A stretch of 64,000 nucleotides of DNA from an uncultured Acidobacteriota bacterium. GTDB taxonomy: Bacteria; Acidobacteriota; Thermoanaerobaculia; Multivoradales; UBA5704. Shown here in pieces: positions 23,208-34,464 of this stretch. Position 1 is the stretch's first letter. Every line of letters begins with the position of its first letter. Position numbers and translations under genes: made by a program. The notes below the pieces were generated by a model. The model was given only the letters and a program-made list of their open reading frames with translations. It had not been told where the DNA came from and did no database searches. The stretch spans positions 1,472,940-1,536,939 of the forward strand of contig CAVWLA010000003.1 of assembly GCA_963755825.1 (NCBI GenBank), given 5' to 3'.

Positions 23208-23681
23208 ATGACGGAGAAGGCGATGTTCGGGGCGGGTTGCTTCTGGGGGGTGGAGACGGCGTTCCGGCAGGTTCCGGGGGTGGTGGACGCCGCCGTCGGC
23301 TATTCGGGCGGGCAACTCGCCCAGCCCAGCTATCGGGACGTCTGCTCGGGGCGGACCGGCCACGCCGAGGTGGTCGAGGTCGAGTTCGACCCCGCCAAGG
23401 TCTCCTTCGACCAGCTCCTCGACGTGTTCTGGGCCAACCACGATCCCACCACCAGGAACCGCCAGGGGCCGGACGTCGGCGAGCAGTACCGCTCGGCGAT
23501 CTTCTACACCACCCCCGAGCAGAAGGCCGCCGCCGAGGCGAGCCGGGCGCGCGAGGAGGCGAGCGGCCGCCACCGCCGGCCGATCGTCACCGAGATCACC
23601 CCCGCCGCCGAGTTCTGGCGCGCCGAGGAGTACCACCAGCGCTACCTCGAGAAGCGCGGCCAGGCGCACTGCCGCATCTGA
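23208..23681 (+). CDS. msrA: Peptide-methionine (S)-S-oxide reductase
   Basis: GAGCFWGVE active-site motif, ggagg SD, 157 aa. Confidence 0.9.
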   Translation: MTEKAMFGAGCFWGVETAFRQVPGVVDAAVGYSGGQLAQPSYRDVCSGRTGHAEVVEVEFDPAKVSFDQLLDVFWANHDPTTRNRQGPDVGEQYRSAIFYTTPEQKAAAEASRAREEASGRHRRPIVTEITPAAEFWRAEEYHQRYLEKRGQAHCRI

Positions 23682-23705
23682 GACCGGCCAGCCGAGTGCC
23701 GGCGG

Positions 23706-24947
23706 TCAGCTCCCCGCCTCCATCTCCCGCGCCAGCTCGCCGAGGATCGCCATCGCCTCGCCGAGCTGGTCGTCGGCGAGGTAGGGCGCCGGACCCAGGC
23801 GGAGCACGTCGCCGCGGTGGTCGGTCGCGACGCCGCGCTCGGCGAGGCCGCGGCAGAGGTCGGCGGCGCGGGGGGAGGCGAGGGCGAGGAAGCCACCGGT
23901 GCCGCTCAGCGGCAGGTCGCGGTCGCGGGCGATCAGCCGCGACGGCAGGTCGAGGGCGTCGAAGAGCTCGGCGAGGAGGCCCACCTGGTGCTGGCTCACC
24001 TCGCGGAGGAGGTCGACGCCGAGGCCGTGTTCGGCGAAGAAGTCGAGGACCGCGGCCGCCCGGTAGTGGCTCGTCGGGTCGTAGGTGGCGCCCGCCCAGC
24101 GGGCGGCGCCGCGCGGGTAGCCGACACCGCCGCCCGGCGGCGCCGCGAGGTGGTCGAACTCGGCGTACCAGCCGGTGACGACGGGGCGCAGATCGGCGCC
24201 CGCCGGCACCCGCAGGAAGCAGTTCCCCTCCCCCATCTGGCAGTACTTGTATCCGCCGCCGACGACGTAGGCGCCGGCGAGGCCGAGCCTGGCGAGCGGC
24301 AACGGCACGACGTTCGCCGCGTGGTAGGCGTCGACCAAGAGCGCCGCGCCGGCGCGCTCGGCGGCCGCCATCGCGCGGTCGAGCCCGGGGACGATGGCGC
24401 CGCTGCCGAAGAGCACGGCGGAGACGAGGACCGCCGCCGTCCGCCCGTCGACGGCGCCGGCCAGCCGCTCGGCGATCGCCGCCGCCGGCCGCGCCGGCAC
24501 GCGGACCACCTCGATCCCCTCCTCGGCGAGGCGGTCGAGCTGGCGGCGGAGGGTGTGGAACTCGCCGTCGGTCGTCACCAGACGCGGCCGCTGGCGGAGC
24601 GGCAGGGCGGAGAGGAAGCGGACGACCAGCTCGTGGGTGCTGCCGCCCAAGGCGTAGTCGCCGCCCGCCTCGTCGTCGAGGAGCCGCGCGAAGCCGCGCC
24701 GCACACGCTCGGCGACGGCGAAGGCGCGCTCCCACTTGGCGTCGACGGCGTCGGCGGCATCGTCCCAGGCGAGGAGCTGGCCGTCGCGGGCGCGGTCCGG
24801 CCACGCCTGGTGCGAGTGCCCGGTCAGCAGCAGGCGCGAGCCGACGCGGAAGCGCGCGTAGTGCGGCGCCAGGGCGTTGGGAGTGCAGTAGAGATCGCCG
24901 GGGGCGATCGGAGCCAGGGGAGCGACGGGAGCGGCAGGCGCCGGCAT
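23706..24947 (-). CDS. kynU: Kynureninase
   Basis: PLP-dependent aminotransferase class V fold with a GGGYKYCQMGEG block; positioned directly downstream of kynA. Confidence 0.8.
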   Translation of the reverse strand: MPAPAAPVAPLAPIAPGDLYCTPNALAPHYARFRVGSRLLLTGHSHQAWPDRARDGQLLAWDDAADAVDAKWERAFAVAERVRRGFARLLDDEAGGDYALGGSTHELVVRFLSALPLRQRPRLVTTDGEFHTLRRQLDRLAEEGIEVVRVPARPAAAIAERLAGAVDGRTAAVLVSAVLFGSGAIVPGLDRAMAAAERAGAALLVDAYHAANVVPLPLARLGLAGAYVVGGGYKYCQMGEGNCFLRVPAGADLRPVVTGWYAEFDHLAAPPGGGVGYPRGAARWAGATYDPTSHYRAAAVLDFFAEHGLGVDLLREVSQHQVGLLAELFDALDLPSRLIARDRDLPLSGTGGFLALASPRAADLCRGLAERGVATDHRGDVLRLGPAPYLADDQLGEAMAILGELAREMEAGS

Positions 24948-24975
24948 CGATGAGCTCGGGTGTCGACTCGCCCGT

Positions 24976-25752
24976 CTAGAGGTGCGGGCGGATCGCCCAG
25001 AGGTCCGGGAAGAGCGGCTGGAAGAGGGTGCGCTTCAGGTAGTCGGCGCCCGCCGAGCCGCCGGTGCCGCGGCGGGTGCCGATCGTCCGCTCGACCATCT
25101 TGACGTGGCGGTAGCGCCACTCCTGGAGGCCCTCGTCGAGGTCGACCATGCGCTCGCAGATCTCGCGCGTCGCCGGGTCGCGATGGTAGACGTCGACGAG
25201 CAGGCGCTGCACCTCCTCGTTCTCCTGCGGCGGCTGGGAGATGTCGCGGTGGAGCGCCGCCTCCGGTACCGCGTAGCCCTGGGTGACGAGATAGCGCAGG
25301 AACGAGTCGTAGAGGCTGGGGCGCGCCAGCAGCGCGGCGAGGCCGGCGCGCTGCGCCTCGTCGTAGTGCTGCCCGATCGTCGGGCTGCGGTGGCCGAGGA
25401 GGATCTCGACCTCGCGGAACTGGATCGACTGGAAGCCGCTCGCGGTGTCCAGCCGGTCGCGGAAGGAGAGGAAGGAGACCGGCGTCATCGTCTCCAGGAT
25501 GTCGACCTGGCCGACCAGCGTCTTGAAGATGGTGAGCGTCCGCTTGAAGGCTGCCTGCGCCGTCGGCGCGTCGCCCGCCGTCAGCGAACGCTGGATCATC
25601 TCCACCTCGTGGCGCACCAGCTTGAACCACAGCTCGTAGACCTGGTGGATGACGATGAAGAGCAGCTCGTCGTGCTCCGGCCCTGCCGACTGCGCGACCT
25701 GCAGCGAGAGCAGCTCGTCGAGCTTCAGATAGCTGTTGTAGGTGACGGTCAA
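24976..25752 (-). CDS. kynA: Tryptophan 2,3-dioxygenase
   Basis: LTYNSYLKLDELLSLQ, FIVIHQVYELWFK and the heme-binding region. Start placed at the TTG at 25752, 7 nt downstream of an aaggag SD; upstream in-frame codons have poor GC3. Confidence 0.8.
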   Translation of the reverse strand: MTVTYNSYLKLDELLSLQVAQSAGPEHDELLFIVIHQVYELWFKLVRHEVEMIQRSLTAGDAPTAQAAFKRTLTIFKTLVGQVDILETMTPVSFLSFRDRLDTASGFQSIQFREVEILLGHRSPTIGQHYDEAQRAGLAALLARPSLYDSFLRYLVTQGYAVPEAALHRDISQPPQENEEVQRLLVDVYHRDPATREICERMVDLDEGLQEWRYRHVKMVERTIGTRRGTGGSAGADYLKRTLFQPLFPDLWAIRPHL

Positions 25753-25858
25753 GGCGCCGCTCCTTTGGCCGCCAAGGTTACGGGAGGGGCGGAGCGCGGT
25801 CAAACGACGACGGCGCGCCCCGGCCGGCGGCTGGCGCGGGAGGTTATATCCTCGCTGC

Positions 25859-28207
<2,349 letters not shown>

Positions 28208-28497
28208 TCGCAAGCGGGGTGAAACGCCGGAGGCTTCTCCGGCGCCTATGACAGGGGCCGCGATCCGGCGGCGAGCGCTCGCTGCGAGTGTTCTACGCGA
28301 GCGCTGAAACGCCGTGCGGCAGGCACCGGCGGACCGGCCGGGCGCCGATTCGCGGTAGAATGAGGCGCATCGAGCCGGTCAGAAATACGCCCTTCGCGGG
28401 CCCGCACCGCCGATCTGCGCCGGCCGCGGGCGCCGCGGCGGGTCGAGAAACCACCGGGGGATTTCGCCCCCGACACGTCCTCAAGGAGGTCACGAAC

Positions 28498-29130
28498 ATG
28501 AAGCGCGTCTCAACCAGTCTGCTGGGTGCCGCCCTGCTGGCCGCCCTGCTCGTCCCGGCCCTCGCGGTGGCCAAGCCCCAGAGCACCAAGCCCCGCATCG
28601 CCGTCCTCGAGTTCAAGAACAAGGCCGACAACCAGTGGTGGTTCCACGGCGGCGCGGCCGCGGCGCAGGACGTCTTCGTCACCCAGCTGGTGAAGAGCGG
28701 CAAGTTCCGCGTCGTCGAGCGCGAGCAGCTCGAGGCGCTGATGAAGGAGAAGGGGCTCACCCTCTCGGGCGACGTCGATCCCTCGACCGCCATCCGCGTC
28801 GGCAAGCTCCTCGGCGTCAACTATCTGCTGACCGGCGCCGTCACCGAGTACGGCTCCGAGGAGAAGGGCGCCCACGGCGGCTCCTTCCGCGGCCTGCCGA
28901 GCTTCGGCGTCGGTAAGAAGAACTTCGTCGCCGCGCTCAACGCCCGCCTGATCGACACCTCGACCGGCGAGGTGGTGTGGGCCGACGAGGCGCGCAGCGA
29001 GGACAGCCACGTCAAGGTCGACGTCGGCGGCTTCGGCGGCGGCGTCTCGAACGACGAGCGGATGTTCGACAAGGTCATGAAGCCCTGCATCGAGCAGCTC
29101 ACCGCGAGCCTCAAGGCGGCCGACCTGTAG
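28498..29130 (+). CDS. CsgG/HfaB-family periplasmic protein (curli-type secretion-channel component-like)
   Basis: aggagg SD and a Sec signal peptide. RIAVLEFKN...FVTQLVKSGKFRVVEREQLEALMKEKGLTLSGDVDPSTAIRVGKLLGVNYLLTGAVTEY matches the CsgG-domain pattern. Confidence 0.6.
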   Translation: MKRVSTSLLGAALLAALLVPALAVAKPQSTKPRIAVLEFKNKADNQWWFHGGAAAAQDVFVTQLVKSGKFRVVEREQLEALMKEKGLTLSGDVDPSTAIRVGKLLGVNYLLTGAVTEYGSEEKGAHGGSFRGLPSFGVGKKNFVAALNARLIDTSTGEVVWADEARSEDSHVKVDVGGFGGGVSNDERMFDKVMKPCIEQLTASLKAADL

Positions 29131-29160
29131 GACGGGGGAGCCAGCCGGCAGGACCTGTGA

Positions 29161-29191
29161 GGACCCGGCCACGGCCGGGTCCTTTTCATTT
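29161..29191 (+). terminator. Rho-independent terminator after the CsgG-like gene
   Basis: Perfect 10-bp stem GGACCCGGCC-ac-GGCCGGGTCC followed by TTTTCATTT. Confidence 0.7.
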
Positions 29192-29196
29192 CCGGG

Positions 29197-31170
29197 CTAC
29201 GTGGGCTTGAAGGCGACGCGCATCACGGTCCACATCTTGACCCGCACGCCGTCCTTGGTCGCCGGCCGGTAGGACGAGTGGCGGGCGGCCTCCATCGCCG
29301 CCTCGTCGAAGCCGAAGCCGACCTTGGCGCCCACCGGCTGTGTCTGCACGACGCGGCCGAGCTCGTCGACGAGGACGCGGATCTGCACGTCCGCCGACTT
29401 GTTCATGTGCCGCGCCGCCGAGGGGTAGCGGGGCTCGGGCATGCCGGCCATCTTCGGCGCCACGACGCCGGGGCCGGGCTGCACCAGGTCGCCGAGCTGG
29501 ACCTTGGGCGGCGCCGGCTCGGCGTCCGCCGCCGGCGGCGGGGTCGCCGCGGCGACGCTCGGCGCCGAGGTAGCCGGGCTCGCGGCGGCGGCGGTCGACT
29601 TGGCGCCGGCGGGGGCCGGCACCGCGGCACCGGCCGCCGGCGCCGGAGATGGCGACGGCACCGCCGGCGGCGGGGCGGACTCCGGCACCACCGGCGGCGC
29701 CTCGGCGCGGGCGACGCGCGTCTCGGCGGCGGCTGGCGAGGCGCCCGCCGCATGCGTCGAGGAGGTCTCCTTCTTGCTGTCCTGGAGCTGCTTCTGGAGG
29801 GCCTTGATCCGCTCGTCGTACTGGTCCTTGAGCTTCGCCTCCATCTCCTTGCTGCGGGCGTCGAACATGGCGGTGATCTGGGCCTGGATCTCCTCCGGCT
29901 TCGGCGCCGCCGGCGCCGCGGCGCCCAGCGCCGGCAGCGGGGCGGCAACCGGCTGCGCGGCGGCCGCCGGGGCCGGCGGCGGCGCCGGCTTGCGGCCGAA
30001 GAGGAACCAGCCGCCGCCGCCGAGGACAGCGATGGCGAGCGCTGCGGCGATGGCGATCCACACCCCCTTGCCGCCGCCCGCCGCCGGCTTCGCGGCGGCG
30101 ACGCCGGGGAGCGTCGCCTCGCGCACCCCCGCCTTCTCTCGCCCGTCGGCCGCCTGGCGGCCGGCAGCGGCAGCGGCGGCAGCGGCGGCGGGCCGCGCCA
30201 CGGCGGCCGGCGCCGCCGACGGCGGCGGCGCCGAGGCGGCGTAGCGCTTCTCCGCCTGGATCTCCTCGCTCTCGCGCTCGATCTCGTCGCGGAAGAGGTT
30301 GTGCATGAAGAAGGCGAGGTTGAAGGTGGTCGGGCTGTAGTGCCCCTCGATCATCAGCTTCGAGATCGCCTTGTGCCAGGTGACGGCGTCGGCGATGCGC
30401 TCGCCGCGCGGCACCAGGCTCTTCTTGAGCAGCGCCGCGAGCGGCGCCGGCAGCGGCGTCCCCTCGTTGGCGACCACCGCGGCGTCGATCGCGGCGCCGG
30501 GGTCGCCGCCAGCCAGCCGCTCGCCGGTGAGCATCTCGAGGAGGAGGGCGCCCAACGACCAGACATCATCGGCGCGCGACAGCGGCTGGCCGGCGAGCGT
30601 CTCGGGCGAGAGATAGGGCGTGAGCTCGGCGTCGCGCCAGCCGCCGGCCGCCAGCTCGCGGAGGCCCGGCGCCAGCTCGAAGCCGAGCAGGCGCGCCTCG
30701 CCCTCGTTGGAGATCATCACCAGGTGCGGCACCACGAAGCCGTGCAGGATGCGCTCGTCCGCCACCCGGCTCTCGTAGGCGGAGGCGAGGGCGAGCGAGA
30801 TGCGCTCGGCGATCAGCATGGCATGGTCGGCGGGGATCGGCGAGCCCTGCTTCGCCGCCTGCGCGAAGAGCACAGCGAGATTCTTGCCGGAGATGTAGTC
30901 GTAGGCGGCGTAGGCGTAGTTGCGCACCCGCCCGAGGTCGACGCCGCCGCCGATGTTGGGGCTCTTCAACGCCTGCTGCACGGCGGCGCGGCCGGAGACT
31001 TTGGCCCACAGCTTGTCGCCGTCCATCCCCTTGCCGTTCAGCACCCTGAGCAGGACGACCTGCTCCATCCCCCCGTCGCCCACCTTGCCGGCGCGGAAAG
31101 TCTCGCCGAGAGCATCCTCGGTCAGCTTCTTGAGCAATAGGTAACTGCCGAACTCCTCGGGGATGTTCAT
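29197..31170 (-). CDS. Degenerate Ser/Thr-kinase-like (pseudokinase) domain - TM segment - Pro/Ala-rich linker - TonB C-terminal domain fusion protein (657 aa)
   Basis: N-terminal kinase-like fold (YLLLKKL..., APE-like LSPETLAGQP, DVWSLGALLLEMLTG) but without a Gly-loop, VAIK Lys, HRD or DFG. Hydrophobic TM segment (VWIAIAAALAIAVLGGGGWFLF), then a long A/P-rich region. C-terminal TonB-C signature: PEPRYPSAARHMNKSADVQIRVLVDELGRVV...YRPATKDGVRVKMWTVMRVAFKP. ATG at 31170 with an aggag SD. Confidence 0.7.
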   Translation of the reverse strand: MNIPEEFGSYLLLKKLTEDALGETFRAGKVGDGGMEQVVLLRVLNGKGMDGDKLWAKVSGRAAVQQALKSPNIGGGVDLGRVRNYAYAAYDYISGKNLAVLFAQAAKQGSPIPADHAMLIAERISLALASAYESRVADERILHGFVVPHLVMISNEGEARLLGFELAPGLRELAAGGWRDAELTPYLSPETLAGQPLSRADDVWSLGALLLEMLTGERLAGGDPGAAIDAAVVANEGTPLPAPLAALLKKSLVPRGERIADAVTWHKAISKLMIEGHYSPTTFNLAFFMHNLFRDEIERESEEIQAEKRYAASAPPPSAAPAAVARPAAAAAAAAAGRQAADGREKAGVREATLPGVAAAKPAAGGGKGVWIAIAAALAIAVLGGGGWFLFGRKPAPPPAPAAAAQPVAAPLPALGAAAPAAPKPEEIQAQITAMFDARSKEMEAKLKDQYDERIKALQKQLQDSKKETSSTHAAGASPAAAETRVARAEAPPVVPESAPPPAVPSPSPAPAAGAAVPAPAGAKSTAAAASPATSAPSVAAATPPPAADAEPAPPKVQLGDLVQPGPGVVAPKMAGMPEPRYPSAARHMNKSADVQIRVLVDELGRVVQTQPVGAKVGFGFDEAAMEAARHSSYRPATKDGVRVKMWTVMRVAFKPT

Positions 31171-31421
31171 GCCTTCTCCTCTCCCGGCCGGTGCCTCGCG
31201 AGGCAGCCGCACAGTCGGTCACGCGTCGGGTGGCGCGGGCTCCCGGTGAATGGGACCTTGATACACCAGGCCCAGGGGGCTGTCAATCGAAACCGGTCCC
31301 CGACGCCGACCGGAGGGCGCCGGCCGCGCGATCCCCGCCGAGCCGCCGCCTCGGGGCCGCGGCTCGGGAGGCGGCGAAGATCTTGTCGCAGAGGTCGCCG
31401 AGCTTCTCCGGCGCACCGCCC

Positions 31422-32558
31422 TCACCGCCGGCTCGAGCTGTCGCTTCCCGCCTTGGCCTGGCGGCGCTCGCGCTCGTGCTTGTCGCGGAAGAAGCGGCGC
31501 TGCCAGATGTCGACGTTGCGGTTGTGCTCGGCGTAGGTCTCGGCAAAGACGTGGGTGCCGTCGTTGCGGCTGACGAAGTAGAGGTAGGCGTTGTGCGCCG
31601 GGGCGCCGGCGGCGAGCAGGCTCTTCAAGCCCGGCGAGCAGATCGGCCCCGGCGGCAGGCCGGCGTAGCGGTAGGTGTTGTAGGGCGAATCCATCTGCAG
31701 GTCGACGCGGCGGATGTTGCCGCCCCAGGTCCCCTGGCGCTTCATGGCGTAGATCACCGTGGGGTCGGCGGCGAGGCCGATGTGGCGGTCGAGGCGGTTC
31801 TGGTAGACGGCGGCGATGAGCGGCCGCTCGCCGTCGAGCTTCGCCTCCTTCTCGACGATGCTGGCGAGCGTCACCAGCTCGCGCACCCCCTGCGGGCGCG
31901 GCTGCGCCACGAGGAGCGGCCGCACCTCCTTCTCGAACCGGGTGCGGAAGGTCTTCACCATCGCCTTGACGATCTCGCCCTCCGGCGTCCGCCGGCGGAA
32001 GGCGTAGGTCTCGGGGAAGAGGTAGCCCTCGAGGTCCTGCGCCGCGGGATCGAGGTCGGCGATCAGCTCGGGCGAGCGCATGAGGTCGAGGAAGTGGTCG
32101 CGGCGGCCGAGGCCGGCGGAGACGAGGAGATCGGCGGTCTCCTCGAGCGTCAGCCCCTCGACCACCGTGACGCGCAGATTGACGACGTCGCCGCGGATCA
32201 GCTTGCGCAGCACCTCGGCGGTGGTGAGCGGCCTGTCGAAGCGGTAGTCGCCGGCCTGGATCGGCGGGTTGTGAAGCACGTAGACCAGATAGACGCGGGC
32301 GAGCCCGGCGTTGGCGAGCACGCCGGCGCTCTCCAGGCGCTCGAGAACGGTCACCGCCCGCGTGCCCGGATCGACGCTCACCTCGCGGGCGGCCTCGGGG
32401 TAGGCCTTGTAGGGTTGCTGGATCTGCCACAGCCAGTAGCCGGCGAGCGACAACGGCACGGCGAGGAGGAGCAGGAAGAGGAGGCGGCCGAAGACCATGC
32501 CGCGGCTGGCGCGCCCGGTGCGGCGCGGCTTGCGGGCCTTGGCGCTCTTCGCGCTCAC
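31422..32558 (-). CDS. mltG: Endolytic murein transglycosylase MltG (YceG family)
   Basis: YceG-like domain: N-terminal TM anchor, VTVVEGLTLEE and YNTYRYAGLPPGPICSPG motifs. Confidence 0.85.
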   Translation of the reverse strand: MSAKSAKARKPRRTGRASRGMVFGRLLFLLLLAVPLSLAGYWLWQIQQPYKAYPEAAREVSVDPGTRAVTVLERLESAGVLANAGLARVYLVYVLHNPPIQAGDYRFDRPLTTAEVLRKLIRGDVVNLRVTVVEGLTLEETADLLVSAGLGRRDHFLDLMRSPELIADLDPAAQDLEGYLFPETYAFRRRTPEGEIVKAMVKTFRTRFEKEVRPLLVAQPRPQGVRELVTLASIVEKEAKLDGERPLIAAVYQNRLDRHIGLAADPTVIYAMKRQGTWGGNIRRVDLQMDSPYNTYRYAGLPPGPICSPGLKSLLAAGAPAHNAYLYFVSRNDGTHVFAETYAEHNRNVDIWQRRFFRDKHERERRQAKAGSDSSSRR

Positions 32559-33034
32559 CGGCGGGCCTCGGATCCGGGGGGCAGACCATGCGCTCGGTCG
32601 AGCGCGTCGGTTTGATCCTGCGCTCGATCCAACGCATCCTGCAGCAGGATCTGGGCGGCGACGGCGTCGATGTGGGGGAGGTCGACGGAGCCGCGGCGGA
32701 GGTCGGCGCCGGCGGCGGCCAGGCGCTCTCGCGCCTCGACGCTGGTGAGCGCCTCGTCGACCAGCTCGCAGGGGAGGCCGGTGCGCTCGGCCAGGCGCGC
32801 CGCGAAGGCGCGGCAGCGGTCGGCGGCGGGACCGCGGCGGCCGTCGAGCCCCACCGGCTCGCCGACCACCAGGCGGGCGGCGCCCTCGGCGCGGGCGATC
32901 TCGGCGATGCGGCCGATCGCCCGGCGGTCGGTGTCGCGGAGGACGGAGGCGAGCGGCAGGGCGAGGCGCCCCTCGGGGTCCGAGATCGCCAGCCCGATCC
33001 GCCGCTCGCCGAAATCGACTCCCAGGGTCCGCAC
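32555..33034 (-). CDS. ruvX: Holliday-junction resolvase-like RuvX/YqgF
   Basis: TLGVDFGERRIGLAISD RNase-H-like motif. Start placed at the GTG 31 codons inside the ORF (at ORF start 33127 the upstream codons are Gly/Arg-rich filler). Overlaps the mltG start by 4 nt. Confidence 0.75.
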   Translation of the reverse strand: MRTLGVDFGERRIGLAISDPEGRLALPLASVLRDTDRRAIGRIAEIARAEGAARLVVGEPVGLDGRRGPAADRCRAFAARLAERTGLPCELVDEALTSVEARERLAAAGADLRRGSVDLPHIDAVAAQILLQDALDRAQDQTDALDRAHGLPPGSEARR

Positions 33035-33262
33035 CGGAGGAATTCTACCGCGCCCTGCCGACCCACCGACCGGCCCGCCCCCTCGGCCTGCCCGTCCGCC
33101 GCCGGGCGCGCCGCGGGCGCGCCGCACGGAGCGGAGCTTTTGCCTATGCTAGCATCCGCAATTCGAGGCAGAGGGGATCGACGCGCTCGCCGTCCTCGCG
33201 GCGGCGGCAACCCCGATTTCATCCGTTCCGAGCTGCGTCTGCGCACCTCCCGGGAGAGTCCG

Positions 33263-34447
33263 ATGGACGATGTCGTCATCCTGAGCGCCGCCCGCACGCC
33301 CATCGGGGCCTTCCAGGGCGCTCTCGCGAGCCTTCCCGCGCACGCCTTGGGCGCGCGCGCCGTCGGCGCCGCCGTCGAGCGCGCCGGCCTCGCCCCCGAG
33401 GAGATCGACCAGGTCAACTTGGGCTGCGTGCTCACCGCCGGCCAGGGCCAGGCGCCCGCCCGCCAGGCGGCGCTCGGCGCCGGCCTGCCGGTCTCGACCG
33501 GCGCCATCACCCTCAACAAGGTCTGCGGCTCGGCGATGCGCGCCGTGATGATCGCCGCCAACGACCTGCGCTGCGGCGATTTCAAGGTCGTCGTCGCCGG
33601 CGGCATGGAGAGCATGAGCCAGGCGCCGTACCTCGCCGCCGGCGTGCGCGACGGCCTCCGCCTCGGCCACGGCAAGCTCATCGACTCGGTCATCCACGAC
33701 GGCCTCTGGGACCCCTACAACGACCTCCACATGGGGAGCTGCGCTGAGCTCTGCGCCGCCGAGTACAAGATCGATCGCGCGGCGCAGGACGCCTTCTCTC
33801 TCGAGAGCTACCGCCGCGCCCGCGAGGCGACCGAGAAGGGGCTCGCCGCCGCGGAGATCGCCGCCGTCGAGGTGGCGCAGCGCAAGGGGCCGACCACCGT
33901 CGTCGACCGCGACGAGGAGCCCTTCAAGGTCGACCTGGCGCGCATGGGCGGCCTGAAACCAGCTTTCCAGAAGGACGGCACCATCACCGCCGCCAACGCC
34001 AGCAAGATCAACGACGGCGCCGCCGCCCTCGCCCTGACCACCGCCGCCCACGCGGCGCGGCTGGGCAAGAAGCCGCTGGCGCGGATCGTCGCCCAGGCCT
34101 CCTTCGCCCAGCGGCCGGAGTGGTTCACCACCGCGCCGGTCGGCGCCGTGCGCGCCGTCCTCGAGCGCGCCGGCCTGAAGGCGTCGGACATCGACCTCTG
34201 GGAGGTCAACGAGGCCTTCGCCGTCGTCGCCCTCGCCTTCATCCACGACCTCGAGCTGGCGCCCGATCGCGTCAACGTGCGCGGCGGCGCGGTCGCCCTC
34301 GGCCACCCGATCGGCGCCTCGGGAGCGCGCATCCTGGTCACCCTGCTCCACGCCATGGCCGAGCGCGGCGCCCGCCGCGGCTGCGCCGCGATCTGCATCG
34401 GCGGCGGCGAGGCGACGGCGGTGATCGTCGAGCGGTTGGACGCCTAG
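33263..34447 (+). CDS. Acetyl-CoA C-acetyltransferase (thiolase II)
   Basis: MDDVVILSAARTPIG, NKVCGSAMRAV, GHPIGASGARI, CIGGGEA; 394 aa. Confidence 0.9.
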   Translation: MDDVVILSAARTPIGAFQGALASLPAHALGARAVGAAVERAGLAPEEIDQVNLGCVLTAGQGQAPARQAALGAGLPVSTGAITLNKVCGSAMRAVMIAANDLRCGDFKVVVAGGMESMSQAPYLAAGVRDGLRLGHGKLIDSVIHDGLWDPYNDLHMGSCAELCAAEYKIDRAAQDAFSLESYRRAREATEKGLAAAEIAAVEVAQRKGPTTVVDRDEEPFKVDLARMGGLKPAFQKDGTITAANASKINDGAAALALTTAAHAARLGKKPLARIVAQASFAQRPEWFTTAPVGAVRAVLERAGLKASDIDLWEVNEAFAVVALAFIHDLELAPDRVNVRGGAVALGHPIGASGARILVTLLHAMAERGARRGCAAICIGGGEATAVIVERLDA

Positions 34448-34464
34448 AGGCCGCCGCGCCGCCC

